From positions 433,197-497,196 of the forward strand of contig OZ287694.1 of the NCBI GenBank assembly GCA_965649825.1: DNA of 64,000 nt, given 5' to 3'. A model generated the notes under the pieces. It saw only the letters and a program-made list of their open reading frames with translations. It did no database searches and was not told where the DNA came from. Made by a program: the position numbers and the translations under genes. This DNA is from Penicillus capitatus (taxonomy: Eukaryota; Plantae; Chlorophyta). Positions 46,859 to 58,444 of this stretch are shown piece by piece (the stretch's first letter is position 1; every line of letters starts with the position of its first letter).

Positions 46859-49800
46859 CTTGAAGACGAGAAAGCCTAAACGAAACGTTGCAGAATGCGT
46901 CGTTTCGTTCGGCGAGAATCATTAACGACAGATTGATGCGGCAAGTGAAAAGACAGATGAATCAATCTGTCTTCGCAGAGGGACGAACTTGCTCGATGCG
47001 GCAGGCAGCCACACACACGTGCAGTTACTGTAGACCTCGAAGTGTGACCACTGCAGTTGTCGCTGTCGCTGTCCTGTCACATCTATTGGTCGAATGTGAT
47101 TCGTTCTGGCAGCTTCGTCAAATCGAAGCAAATGAACCGGAGATGATCGTCTGATGTGACGGAATGTCGACTTGGACGAGTCTTGTCTTACCTGCGTTGA
47201 TCAGATGTTTGAGGAATCCAGTCAACATCAACTCCTGCTTGCGTCGGACGTTCTGGGAATCGTAGTGTTGACTGATGAGACGTTGATCGCGATCGATTCT
47301 TCATACCAGAGGAACAGAGAGTGCGTGAAACGCAAATGGCATTGCCTACGATGTCTCGCCAAAAGTGCATTCTATAAAGAGGACATCATAACTGTTCTTC
47401 ATGCATCAACATTCACAATGACGCTTTTATACGTTGACTTCGATCAAGCTGTTAGACTGGGGTGTCGACATTCGCACAAGAAGGAATTGTTTGCTTGAGG
47501 TCTAGAGGTAATGAGATGTCCAAAGATAGAAAGAAATCTGTCTGCTGAATGACAGAGAGAAATTACATCGAATTGGATCTCAGATGTCCATTTCGAATAG
47601 AACTGACCGTTGGATCTCTCGTTTTTTCGCGAATCGCACGCGTCGAGAAGTTGCAAGATAAAGGGATTCAGAACCCTCGTTGCTTTATCGAAGACGTGAG
47701 CGCCCCAGCCAGTCAAAGCAACTGACTGCCCATCCTGCACAAAACGACAAATCTCTATTCTTCACAGCCGATGTAGCGACGCAGCTCTGTTCGACAGTCT
47801 TCCTTCGAAGGCTTGAGCAGTCTTGTCATGAAAGGAAGCTTGTCATGCTCAGGAGGAATCTGATGGAAGAGGAAAGTAGACATTGCCGTTTCGCTTCTCT
47901 TCAGTGTGGAGTATTGCGGGGAAGAGGAGAACGTTTTCTGTCGAGGAAGCGATAGACAGGTCGTGTACGCAATAGATCGTCCACCCACCGCGTCCATCCT
48001 TCTTATCGTCCACTACGTTCACTGGCACGGCAATGACTGAAAAGATACCTTAGATCCAAACTTAGACAGAGATACCCCTTCAGTTGGGGACCATTAGGAG
48101 CATAGCGATATGCAAGAATACCTTGTGTCTGAAGAATTTATGGAATCGTCGGCGATCAGCATTCTCAGACCTGCACGCCAGTGAGCCCAGTTCGCCGCCT
48201 ACCTACCGAAATCCGTTGTGTCATTCGTTTTGGACAACCTACAGGTACATACCTTCGTTCAGAATGGCTACACGATAATAAGGCGCGGCTTGCAGAACTG
48301 CGGGCGTGTTGCTACGTCTGTCGTACATTCGGGGACAGATGACTCCATTCGTGCAGCTCTGTCACCGCAGAGCCACAGAATTGATGAAGTCAATTCTCCA
48401 AATCATCTCGAACGCACCAACAGAAGTTTCACATGAATACGAAGCTGCAAGTTTGCATCAGTGGAAAGCGCTAGACTGAAAACATTTTATTAAATTGTAC
48501 GACAAGGTCGAAAACGACGTGACAGCACCTGTTTGCCATAGATATCTGAATGCATTGCGGGAAGACCCCTTACAATCCATTTCAAAGCGTAGATGCGTGA
48601 TCATGATGCATAGGCACGACACGCCTGTCGGGCACGCGTACGGTAGTGGGATCTGTGTCTAAAGAGTCGACGAGACAGCGGGGTTTTAGAATCCTTTCAG
48701 CCGGCAACATTAATCTTTACTGCGAACAAAAGAACTTTGGCGTCATGAAGGCTGATCTATGCTCGACAGAGTCACTCGGAGTCACGATCGTCTGGCGAAG
48801 CCGCCTTCGAATACAGCAGGAATATCACGTAGCATCGAAAAGCAATCAAGTCCACGACGGGGCAGTTCTGTCTGGGAAGATCTCTCTACAGACAGAATAC
48901 CAACACTCTCAGTTCAGAAAGAAGAGCATCATGCATGATGACATTGTCTTGCGTTATCAACTTCTTGATAAAGCAGTCCATGGTGCTGGACGAGAAGAAA
49001 GGTAGGCACCACATGACTTGGATGTGTTTTCCTAACGCACTCGATTGTCCTCTTTCGAGAGAAAGGCTCCATTCGTTCGTCCGCGTTCCAAAGAGTAGAC
49101 ACGCGACGTCCAGACAAATCTCGTTTGTTTAAGCGACACGAGAATGGATGGATCGAATCACGTGCCGAGTGTCTTCGCCATTGCCTTTTTGTTTCTTCCA
49201 CCAGAGGGTGACCACGGAACTCACACATCTCACTCCTGTTCGTTAAGGTCTACCCTACGATGCAGAAGAAAGCACTTCCGTTGAGAACGAAATATAGAGA
49301 GAGCGTGGATTCTTCGTGTCTTGATGCCGAGATCGCCGGCCATTACATCGCGCGAATCGAGATAGGGACTGATTGAATACGATCGTACGGTAAAGACGTC
49401 GCGTCGTGATGGACCGCCGCATACATAGCGGAAAGAGAGAAACCGTTGCCGACTCCGAAAGTGCCGCCGTGTTCATTGCAGCGGCAAAACGGAGGAGCTG
49501 TGTTTTGTCGGAAATTCGTTTCATTCTTAAGCTCATTGGCTCGTTCTGGATGTACCTTTGCAGCTAGTAGCACTCGAGCTGACTAGATATCAGCACAAAA
49601 CCGACATGAATGGCGCGTTCGCCAATGGTTTCTTGTGGCCAGTCGTCTTTTGCACTCGTGTTCATTCCGTTTTTCTGACTCGCCGACGAATCTCTTATCG
49701 AGTTCGTTTTCTGAGCGATTAGGGTCAGTCAAATTCTGACAACTCGCTAACAAGCTCTTGCATCGCTCAGAGTTGCGCAACCAGCTTCTCTTCGAACGAC

Positions 49801-50162
49801 GCATGTGCTACGGTAGTTACGCATCTTTACCTGTCAAAACACTATGAGAGCGCTCTCTACACATGAAGTATTTAGGAGGAGAACATTACAGCGTCGCTTA
49901 TCGATCTTTGTGGCGTGCGGCCGGAGACCTTTCGCTACCGCGCTATCACACGAATGCACGGATACGTGTTCCGCGGTTGGAGTTTCAAGTCGTTGACGGC
50001 GAGGCGGCGAGGGGTTTCTGAGCTATTCGGAAGAGGGATGTGTCATCCATCGAGCTGGCGATCATTCGGAGATGGCGAGAACGCGAATGGAATTCCTCGT
50101 TTGTACATTTGAGACGCAAGTTGCATGAATAGAGTCAAAAGCGTTCGATGTCGAACAATCTA

Positions 50163-52556
50163 TCACGGCCCATAGTATTCGTCAGACCACGTGCCGTGAA
50201 ATCCGTGACCAATCGTATGCTCCAAATAAAGAATGGCAATAGGACCATCCGCAATCTTAGCGGCGTCGAGAATCGCGAATTCCGTCTTCTGACGGAATGC
50301 ATCGTAACAGAGGGCGACAATCCATCCATCCTCCTCTTCCACTCCTCCCGGTTCTGATACAGAAACACCACCAACCGTTCCTGAGAATGCGTTGTCATGG
50401 TTGGCCAGACGCACTTGGTATAAAGCGTGGCTCGCCGACGAAGTAGTGCTCCCCTTTCGTCCATGTCTCCATGCCTCCGGTTTCGTAGTCGAACTGAGAC
50501 ACGACACGATCAGCGATGCGAAGCACGCAGAGGTGGACGCACTTTTCCCAGTACTTGTGTCTTGGAGTACGCATCTGGATACATCATGGTAACCATATAG
50601 GTGTAGCGCTGACGTCGTCCGACGTTGTGCGGATTCACACTGGCGAGATCCATTACATACGCCGTCATCTCTTTCGTCTCCACGCCGCCGTCCGAAGACA
50701 GTGTCGTTCGCCTCCACCTAAGAAAAGAGTTACAGCGACAGGAAAGACACTCGAGATTCTTCCGAACCGCGGGCCTGTGCCGATATCAGGATTGTAGACC
50801 TCTGAGCCGGGCAGCGTTTGATCAGCAATGCCTTCGACCGGGTGTGTCACGTAATGGGTCGCATCAACGATCACATTTCCATCTTCTTCGAAAGCATTGA
50901 TAAAGTGAAACAAGAAAGTTGTCTCCTCGAGCTGCCGATAAACGTCGGACAGGTCACACAACAATTGAAATAGTTGAATAGCATGGTGTGCGTACCTGAT
51001 AGACCTTTGGTGCGGCGTTTTCCGGTACATGGCCGTCGGGTGATGGACGAGGCAACAGATGAAACTGAAACACTCGAGGTTTTCTCACGTGCCGTCTTTT
51101 AATACAGACATCTCACTTCGTGGACGCCGCCATCTTCGAAGACGAATGCGTTTCCAGCGCCGACACTCGGATCGAGAAGTTTCTTCATATCCATTCGCAT
51201 TGGAAACTGGAGATCGAGTGTTGCGAGCGAGGCAATGGTATCGCCGGCTTTACCTTGTTGAAGACGTAATAGTTTTCAGTGACGCCGATGGAGTGCAGGA
51301 GTGAGAGGTCGTCAAAGGAATACGTCTGTCGGGCATGCACATTCAGATCTTCGTCAATTTCGTAGATGCTGACATCCGTTCGCACAAATGGCGGAGAGAA
51401 GGCCGGCTAGAGAAAAGAACAGCTCAAAGGACAGTTAAGTGAAATAGATCCTGACCGTCTGTCGTGCCATGGGCAAGATGGTGACGCCACGTCGTTTGTC
51501 GTATACAGCGTCGCCGACGCCGAAAACGGAATCAGCATCCAGATAACGGCAACCTAGAACGATTGGATACTTCATTAGCACTAATGCCATGTGCCAAACG
51601 AAAAGGAGTGCGAGAGAGCCTCACTGGAATTCTGCGGGGAAGAGAAGAACTGCTTCATGCCGAGATGCCATACAGTAGAGAATAGATCTTGCTTCGATCG
51701 CGGATCGATCGTCCGCAGTGTGTGAGGGTCGAGTACCGTCAAATAGGCACCCTGCAAAGAAAGGCGTTGCAGAACGACGGCTACGACACGCAACAGGCGA
51801 CAATACTTCTTGTGGGATGAGTAGTTTGTTTCCCACCACGATAGGCATTCCGTTTCCCGGGTTTCTGGGAAGGAATGACGCGAAAGGCAATGTGCCGTTC
51901 TTTGGCTCGGATCCGAACACGCCAGTGAATATCCGTCTTCCAACCTCCTCTTCGACCATGGTACTGCGTCACAAAGCATGATGCGACTGAGAAGTCCCAC
52001 GGGGTCGGCCCTACTGAAGGGTCCGGACAAATCTGGACCGAAAGAAGGCCTTGCCGTCTCGAATGGCGATGCTTGCGATGATGCCGTTCGCTTCGAAGAA
52101 CGAACAAAACCTCTCGCCCAAGAAATCAATCTCTCCAGGGCCATTCCTATCGCCACGCGTCGGGATCCGAATGGCATGAGAATCGCGTGTCCGTTACCGG
52201 AAGTAGGTGCCATGCAGCTCTGCCGGGATTTCACCTTCGACGTTCTCGACCCAGTACCCCTCGGGGCATTCTTCTACGGATGTGTAGGCGGAGAAGTAGC
52301 ACCTAGAAGGCACAAGACAGTGCGACGACTATGATGTCATTCAGAAGCACTCTCTGCCGACGTTGGTTCGTGCAAGATCGTCCTCCGTTTGTTCCGCCAG
52401 AGAGGACGGCGACTGAGGACTCGGACGACTGGTGAAAGCTGATTCGGACGCCTTTGGGATGTCGGCAATGCGCTTCGGTGCCCGATTCTTGCGAGAAAAA
52501 CTGCGCGGAATGCAAAACGTGGTACCAGAGACACTAGCGAGACGAACGGATTTCAT
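50163..52556 (-). CDS. Carotenoid cleavage oxygenase (RPE65/CCD family), plastid transit peptide, atypical active site
   Basis: VEGEIPAELHGTYFR-NGPG, LLHSIGVTENYYVF, FLFHFINAFEEDG, EPGGVEEEDGWIV, HGFHGTW; Ser/Arg-rich N-terminus MKSVRLASVSGTTF. Confidence 0.88.
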
Positions 52557-54179
52557 GTTAACAGACAACGCGAGGGAGAAAGGAATCGACTCTGATCTCA
52601 AAATAAGAACTAAAGCTTATGCGATTGGGAAATCGATGTTGAACTCCAGTCATGCAAGTGTCAGCACGTGTGGTTCAGGCGATTCGTGCATTCATTGTAC
52701 ACGCCGTAGCTGATGTGACGCGTACCGCTCGAGTCAATACATCCAGTCGAACACCGCTTCAAACGATCTTGGCTCCAGCTGTGTATCGTCGTGCTGCAGT
52801 CTCTGGCAATGTTCCCTTAATTCGCGTTCATGATGACCCCGGAAACCAACGAAGTGGATGATTTGGACCGACGATGTTTATTCGAAGATGGAATTGAGGT
52901 GACTGGCGAGTCGCTTCACATGAGGCAGCAAACAATCTCTGCCAACTGGCAACCTTTTCGGCCGATGGATGTGACTGGTCTCTCGTAAACTTGGCAGTTC
53001 GGCAGAAGAACAAAGAGATCCTCGTTGTCGAACTGACATTAGACAGGATGTGCTGTCAGGTCATGGATACTGGAACCAAGGGGTAAAGAAGATGACGTGG
53101 ACATCTCATGCAAAAGTGCAGCGAAGAGCTGGGTGATACTCATGACAGTCGAATACGTGTTAGCACGATCCATTGTGTCACATGACGAATACCGTCACAG
53201 GAAGACGCTCTGGCATAACATGCGTCTGGCCCCATTCCTGCCAGACGACACTTGTATTCGGCATCCTGAGAGAGGTTCTAGCAATGCTTCGTCGTGTCCA
53301 AGAGATATCCGACAGAAGCCTTTCTATGGTTAGCAGCGTCTGTGGCTGTATGGAATCGCAGTCGTGGCGATGCGTGGCAAACCGTCGTACGAATAAATCG
53401 TCTGGCGACCATTGATTCGTGTCTTTTGTGTTCGTCTGCTTTGTTCCTCTCCGACTGAGCTCCAAACCACTGCGACTTGTGTGCGGACCACCTTCCTGTT
53501 GTTCGTCGTTGGTTCGGCGACGCAGTACACGTCCTTCAAACTGATCGCGGAAGGCGGAGCAGAACGCAGTCGGAGGTTTGTCGACGGAGGTCGTCTGTTG
53601 TTTTCCGCAGTGATCCGACCCGCCCGGAGAGAACGACGACGGGCAGTGGAACCACGAGCGTGGAAGACGACATGTACTGCGAAGTTTGCGTCCGAAGAAA
53701 AGCAAGCTCCCAACCGACGCGTCAGAAACCGACGGGTCGTGCGGCGACTCTCCATGTAAGTAGGCTCTCCTGCGACCGCGCATCGCCTAAGAACGTTTGT
53801 TTCTTCAAGGAGACTCTGAGGCCAATAGATTCCCGAGCGACTGCGACACCGCCCACCGAACAAGGCGAAAAGGGCACCATCAGAGTTTCCCTGCCAGCGG
53901 CGCCCTCGGGAAATCCACGTGAGCCGAGTCAGTCACGGTAGGGTCAACGCATGGGCGTGTGTTCTAGATGCAGCTGTCACCTGGTGGTGGCACCTGGCTG
54001 AGGCAGCTCTGCGGTGGGATAGGCGGAGTATGCGTGGACGTGGCGTCATTCTGAAGCGCTGGGCCCGGTCCAAGCCCCTCGCGTTCGGATCTGTCGCCAG
54101 TACCTTGAAGGATGCTGGCTTTGGAGGCCCCCACTCAGGACCCGCATTTCCATTTTTTTCTATAAGGGTCTCTTGTTAG

Positions 54180-54570
54180 GGTCTTTTCTTTTCGTCCTGA
54201 GTGGGTTTTTCAGTTCGCCGTATTAGACATTAGTTTTTTATTACTTTGTTAGACCCTGCTCTTTCTGTTCTCCTTTCTGTGTTTAGAGTAAGTAGCCTCT
54301 TTCTTGACTGTACATTAATTTTTTTACCTTTTCTATGTGTGCTCTGGCGACCTTTCTGTCGCGCTTACTTTATTTATGTTTATTGTTTCCCAATTTTGTT
54401 TTGTCTCATTCCCTGTGTTTGCCTGTTTGTTACTGTGATGTCTGGGCTTGAGACCGGCCACCTGCCTTCTTGACTGTGTGTTTCTCTGTTCGTGTTTTAT
54501 TGCATGTGTGTTTTTTCATCTATACTGTGTGTTTTGCTCTTTTCTGTCCCTTCCTTGTGTGTTTTTTTAT
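54180..54570. repeat. ~390-bp T-rich, purine-poor low-complexity tract (A-rich on minus strand)
   Basis: Directly visible base skew with short T runs and (TG) patches. Confidence 0.75.
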
Positions 54571-55938
54571 TACCGTGCGCGCCGCCTTCGCATCCTTAGC
54601 TGGCTCTGCAGGGGGAAAGCACAGTGAAGGTGTGGGGTGAGGCTTTGCACGGGTCGGTGTCCCTGTCGTGGATGGTGACAGAAGCGGGCCCTGCAAGCTT
54701 TCGCTGCCCCCCAGGTCAGATCCCTACCTCTCTTGTATAGCATGACTCAGTACGTGTGTGTCTGCCATTAGGCTGTGGGTCGGGTCGCCGTCCGCCTCCA
54801 ATGGACAGCTGGCGATATACTTCACCCGAAGGCGCTGCACAGGCAGGTGATTACCAATAAACAATTAACTCCTTTTAAATAATAAGTCTATCGTCTTATC
54901 AGTGGTGGCCGGCGGCGAAACTTTCGCTGCTTCCCTTGACTAAGTCTTCTTTGCACCTGGATTAACACTACAGTTGTTCATATCCCTTGACCTCGGTGGA
55001 AAATTGGCACTCTTTCCATGCGCTGCAGATCCATGTTGACAGTATGTTGGCACCAGAGTCTTAATCTAATCATACACGTTCTAGATTGTACTATCATCTT
55101 CTTACCTCGTACACCCACGAATGCCTTTCTTGTACTCTACTTTGCTAATACCGTCATCATAAGTCGTCAGTTCTGCAGTGCATGGAAAGCAGCCGGCATT
55201 CTTGGCTTCCTTTGGCATCCTCACTTACCTTAAGCTGGCTTAGTACTAGTTTACCATGAAATGCACGCTTGCTGTAGCTTGAGCGCTGCGCTTGCCGTCT
55301 CTTCGAAGGGGAAAACGAAGAGGTCACTATCCTTAACTTAAAGAATATGATCACGTTGCACACGGCCGGGAATGAATGCAATCATGTCTATCGCACTACG
55401 TTTATCATCGTTTTACATACACATCATGTCAACGCTTCTCTGAGGGACAGATGTTGGATCATCACGTTGTCATCAGAAATGTCGAGAATGTCTATAAGTC
55501 GCCATCATACTGCCCCTTCTGTTCATGGACCTGCTTGTCTTGCGAGCTGCTCAGAGATAACATCTACGTCTTTCAAAAATAATGCAGCAAATACATCCGC
55601 AAAAGGCAGAGGAAACGTTCGGCAGGTTTAGATGTTTAAATATCTCCACCAAGTTGTGCTTTCATCGCACCTGCCGAACGTTTTATCTTTTCCTCAATAT
55701 CGATTCCCTTGCCACTGTCAGTCAGCGGGAAAATCTGAAAAGACAATTCACTGATCAAGGAATTCTCCCGTGGTTGGCAGATCATTTCCAGCCCTGAACA
55801 CTTGCTGCAACTCTTTGAAGCTTTTGTCGTCTTTTCTGTCCACACGAGTGCAACTAAAATGATGACAAGTCTTTGTCGCCCTGCTCCTCCAACAGAATTC
55901 AATATTAACTCTTCTAATACAAGTATATGAATAATAGC

Positions 55939-57721
55939 ATGTTGCAGTTCGCAAATCCGAAGTTGAGAGTGACTCGACAAGGCATAGGCGCTCAAGGACT
56001 GGATATCTCGGATGCGCTGTTTGAGACAACGAAGGCTGACTTCCCGAAGAAGCTCCGTGGTTCAGAATCCAGTTTTATGCGTGTTTGCATCGACTTCCCC
56101 AGAGATGTGTTTCTGCACATGTGTTCCGCGGTCAAGCGACCAGATGCTCGTGTTCAGTCAGGTACGCAGAGGAGGAGCTTCTGTCGTGTGTCCTTCTTTG
56201 TCGAATGATGGATGCTGTAGGCGTGAGTCTGAAGGCGACTGTAGGTGTGGTCAGCCAGGCTGAAGTCGTCGTGGCAATCGCCGAAGAGTTCAGAGAGCTC
56301 TGTCTTCAGATCTGGCGCATGATGTGCCCGAGTGGCATGGGGGTTATATAGGACCCGATCTGCTGAGAGATTCGGCTATCGCCTACGCGAGATCCAGCAA
56401 TGTGGAGTGGCTGAAGCGTTTAGATATGGCGAGGATTAGACGACTGAAACCGCTATCAGATCTGGCGATCCGATTCCGGACATTGTGTTTGAAGGCGTTG
56501 AGCGCTCTGTATTCGAAATCGGAGGATCGAAAGACAACGAGACAGGAAAGCAGCAGCAGGGTGTTGATCCTGAGTTTTACGACGGACGCAGTCAGCGTGC
56601 ACCTTACAGGCGACACCGTGGAAGTTGCTCGTCGTGAATGAACCTGCGATCGCCACACCTCGAAACACGACAATGTCAACCAGATGCTTATGGTCTCAGA
56701 AGAGTGAGATGTAACTCACTAAAATCTATTTCTTGCCTCTCGACTGTAGGTTCGTTGGAAATTTGCACGCTACCTGGAAGGCGTTCGGATTCGTTGGCAT
56801 GACGTCGTCAGAGAGTGACTCCGTTTCTCCATCCAGTTCCGAGTATCGACAGCTCCCGCCTTCTTTGTGCTGTGTCACGGGCTTGTTTCAATCTGACGAT
56901 GCGGAAGCGAACATCACTGGTGTCGATTGGCAGCAGTGTCGACATCGATTGGCGATGTCGCTGCGGAAGGACTCTTTTCTGAATAACGTGACGTCGATCT
57001 ACGAGTCGCCAGGAGGCAGTCGCGCGGGGGACCACGATAACGAAGCGCGAGACGATTCGTCTGGTGACAGAGAGTTTTTCTTTACACCCTCGGTATCGAG
57101 GCAAACGCGTTTATCATATGAGCAGACATTCCACTCCTCCCATTCATTCCGGATGTGCGAGCTGGATAGAAGAGCGAGAGTCAGAAGCAGTGTCGACAGT
57201 TTCCAATGAATCGCATACGAAAGCATGTGGCGGCTGGTGGCGTGAACAGGCGATAGGTGCCGCATTCAGAGGACATCAGAAGCGACCAGACAGCATGCTC
57301 GCTGCCTGTCCCATTTCTCAGTGCGTCTGGAACCACATAGCAGCTTCATGAACTCTTCGTGACGTTCCACACGCGGCCTGACTTGAATCAGTCGCATCAC
57401 AGGAAAGGCCATTCGACAATTCCGTCTCGTACGGCAATGGAGAAGTTCAGTAATCGCACTTCTGTTGATTGCGACAACGAGGAAGACACGGGGCTCGCGT
57501 TTTCAGGTGAACTCACACTGACGTCGTTATGTTGTGTTGAAGAAAAGATCGAGCATATGTCTTTGATGGTCAAAAAGATGCACATGGCATCTGCGTCTAA
57601 TACACCAATGCAGCAGCTCCACACCGCAAGAGGCTCGCGAAGGTACCCTGCGAAGCGTACGCACGCAAGCACCGCTCTCAGCCCAGATGCACTGTTAAAT
57701 GGCAAAGGTCCACTTGTGTAG
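55939..57721 (+). CDS. Possible multi-exon orphan gene
   Basis: Consecutive plus-strand ORFs (55927-56208, 56085-56351, 56324-56641, 56733-57209, 57359-57721), some with GT-AG junctions in phase. No recognised domain. Confidence 0.35.
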
Positions 57722-57937
57722 CAGAGTTTCCGTATTGACACTTAGATGCCCTGTTTAATGGCAAAGGTCAAAAATGCGTGGTGGAGATTCTGAAACGACG
57801 GAGGCCATTCATTCATTCGCCATCGATTTGTTTTGCACGCGCGCGTCTTGTGGTCTTGAATTTGTTTGCTGAATTCTGTTGCTTATTTCTCTATCGCCCA
57901 GCACCCCTTTGCCAAACGTGTCTCTACGATTTCTGCC

Positions 57938-58444
57938 ATGCGGACGCGTCTTTCCACCCTCATCGAGGACGGCACCGTCGTGCTCCGACTGTTGCAGTGG
58001 GTCTGGTTTTCGTCCCTTGTGTTGGCTGGATACTTCAGTCTTCAGTGCGTTTACACACTCGAGCCTCTAGATGACCGTTTTGAGGCACTGGGTCACGCGG
58101 CCTCTATTGTCTACGGTTTTGTCGTCGTCGGTCGCTGGATCGCCATTTTTTACTGGGGGTACTCTTGCCCGCCGATGTGCATCGCCAGTTTCACTCGTCG
58201 GCATCATTGGATGCATCGATGCATGCCTTGGCTGTGCTATATTCTATGTGCCTTCTTTATTTCTTTTTTCGTCGTTGTTCCTATTTCGCTCTATTTCGCG
58301 AATATAGCATCTGCGATAGATCACATAGACAATGCTGTCTACTCGGCTGGCGGCCTGATCATGGTTTTCCACATTCTGGGTCATTTGTGGATTCTCTTTT
58401 CGTGCCAGCAAGGTGACACGATTGTCGTTGAGGATGAACCTTGA
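57938..58444 (+). CDS. Small intronless multi-pass (about 4 TM) membrane protein
   Basis: Open 168-codon frame with four hydrophobic stretches (LLQWVWFSSLVLAGYF; ASIVYGFVVVGRWIAIFYW; WLCYILCAFFISFFVVVPISLYF; AVYSAGGLIMVFHILGHLWILF). Confidence 0.55.
   Translation: MRTRLSTLIEDGTVVLRLLQWVWFSSLVLAGYFSLQCVYTLEPLDDRFEALGHAASIVYGFVVVGRWIAIFYWGYSCPPMCIASFTRRHHWMHRCMPWLCYILCAFFISFFVVVPISLYFANIASAIDHIDNAVYSAGGLIMVFHILGHLWILFSCQQGDTIVVEDEP

Noticed and set aside
46900-50100. Scattered 60-120 aa ORFs
   Set aside because: No coherent exon chain or motifs; probably non-coding or decayed sequence
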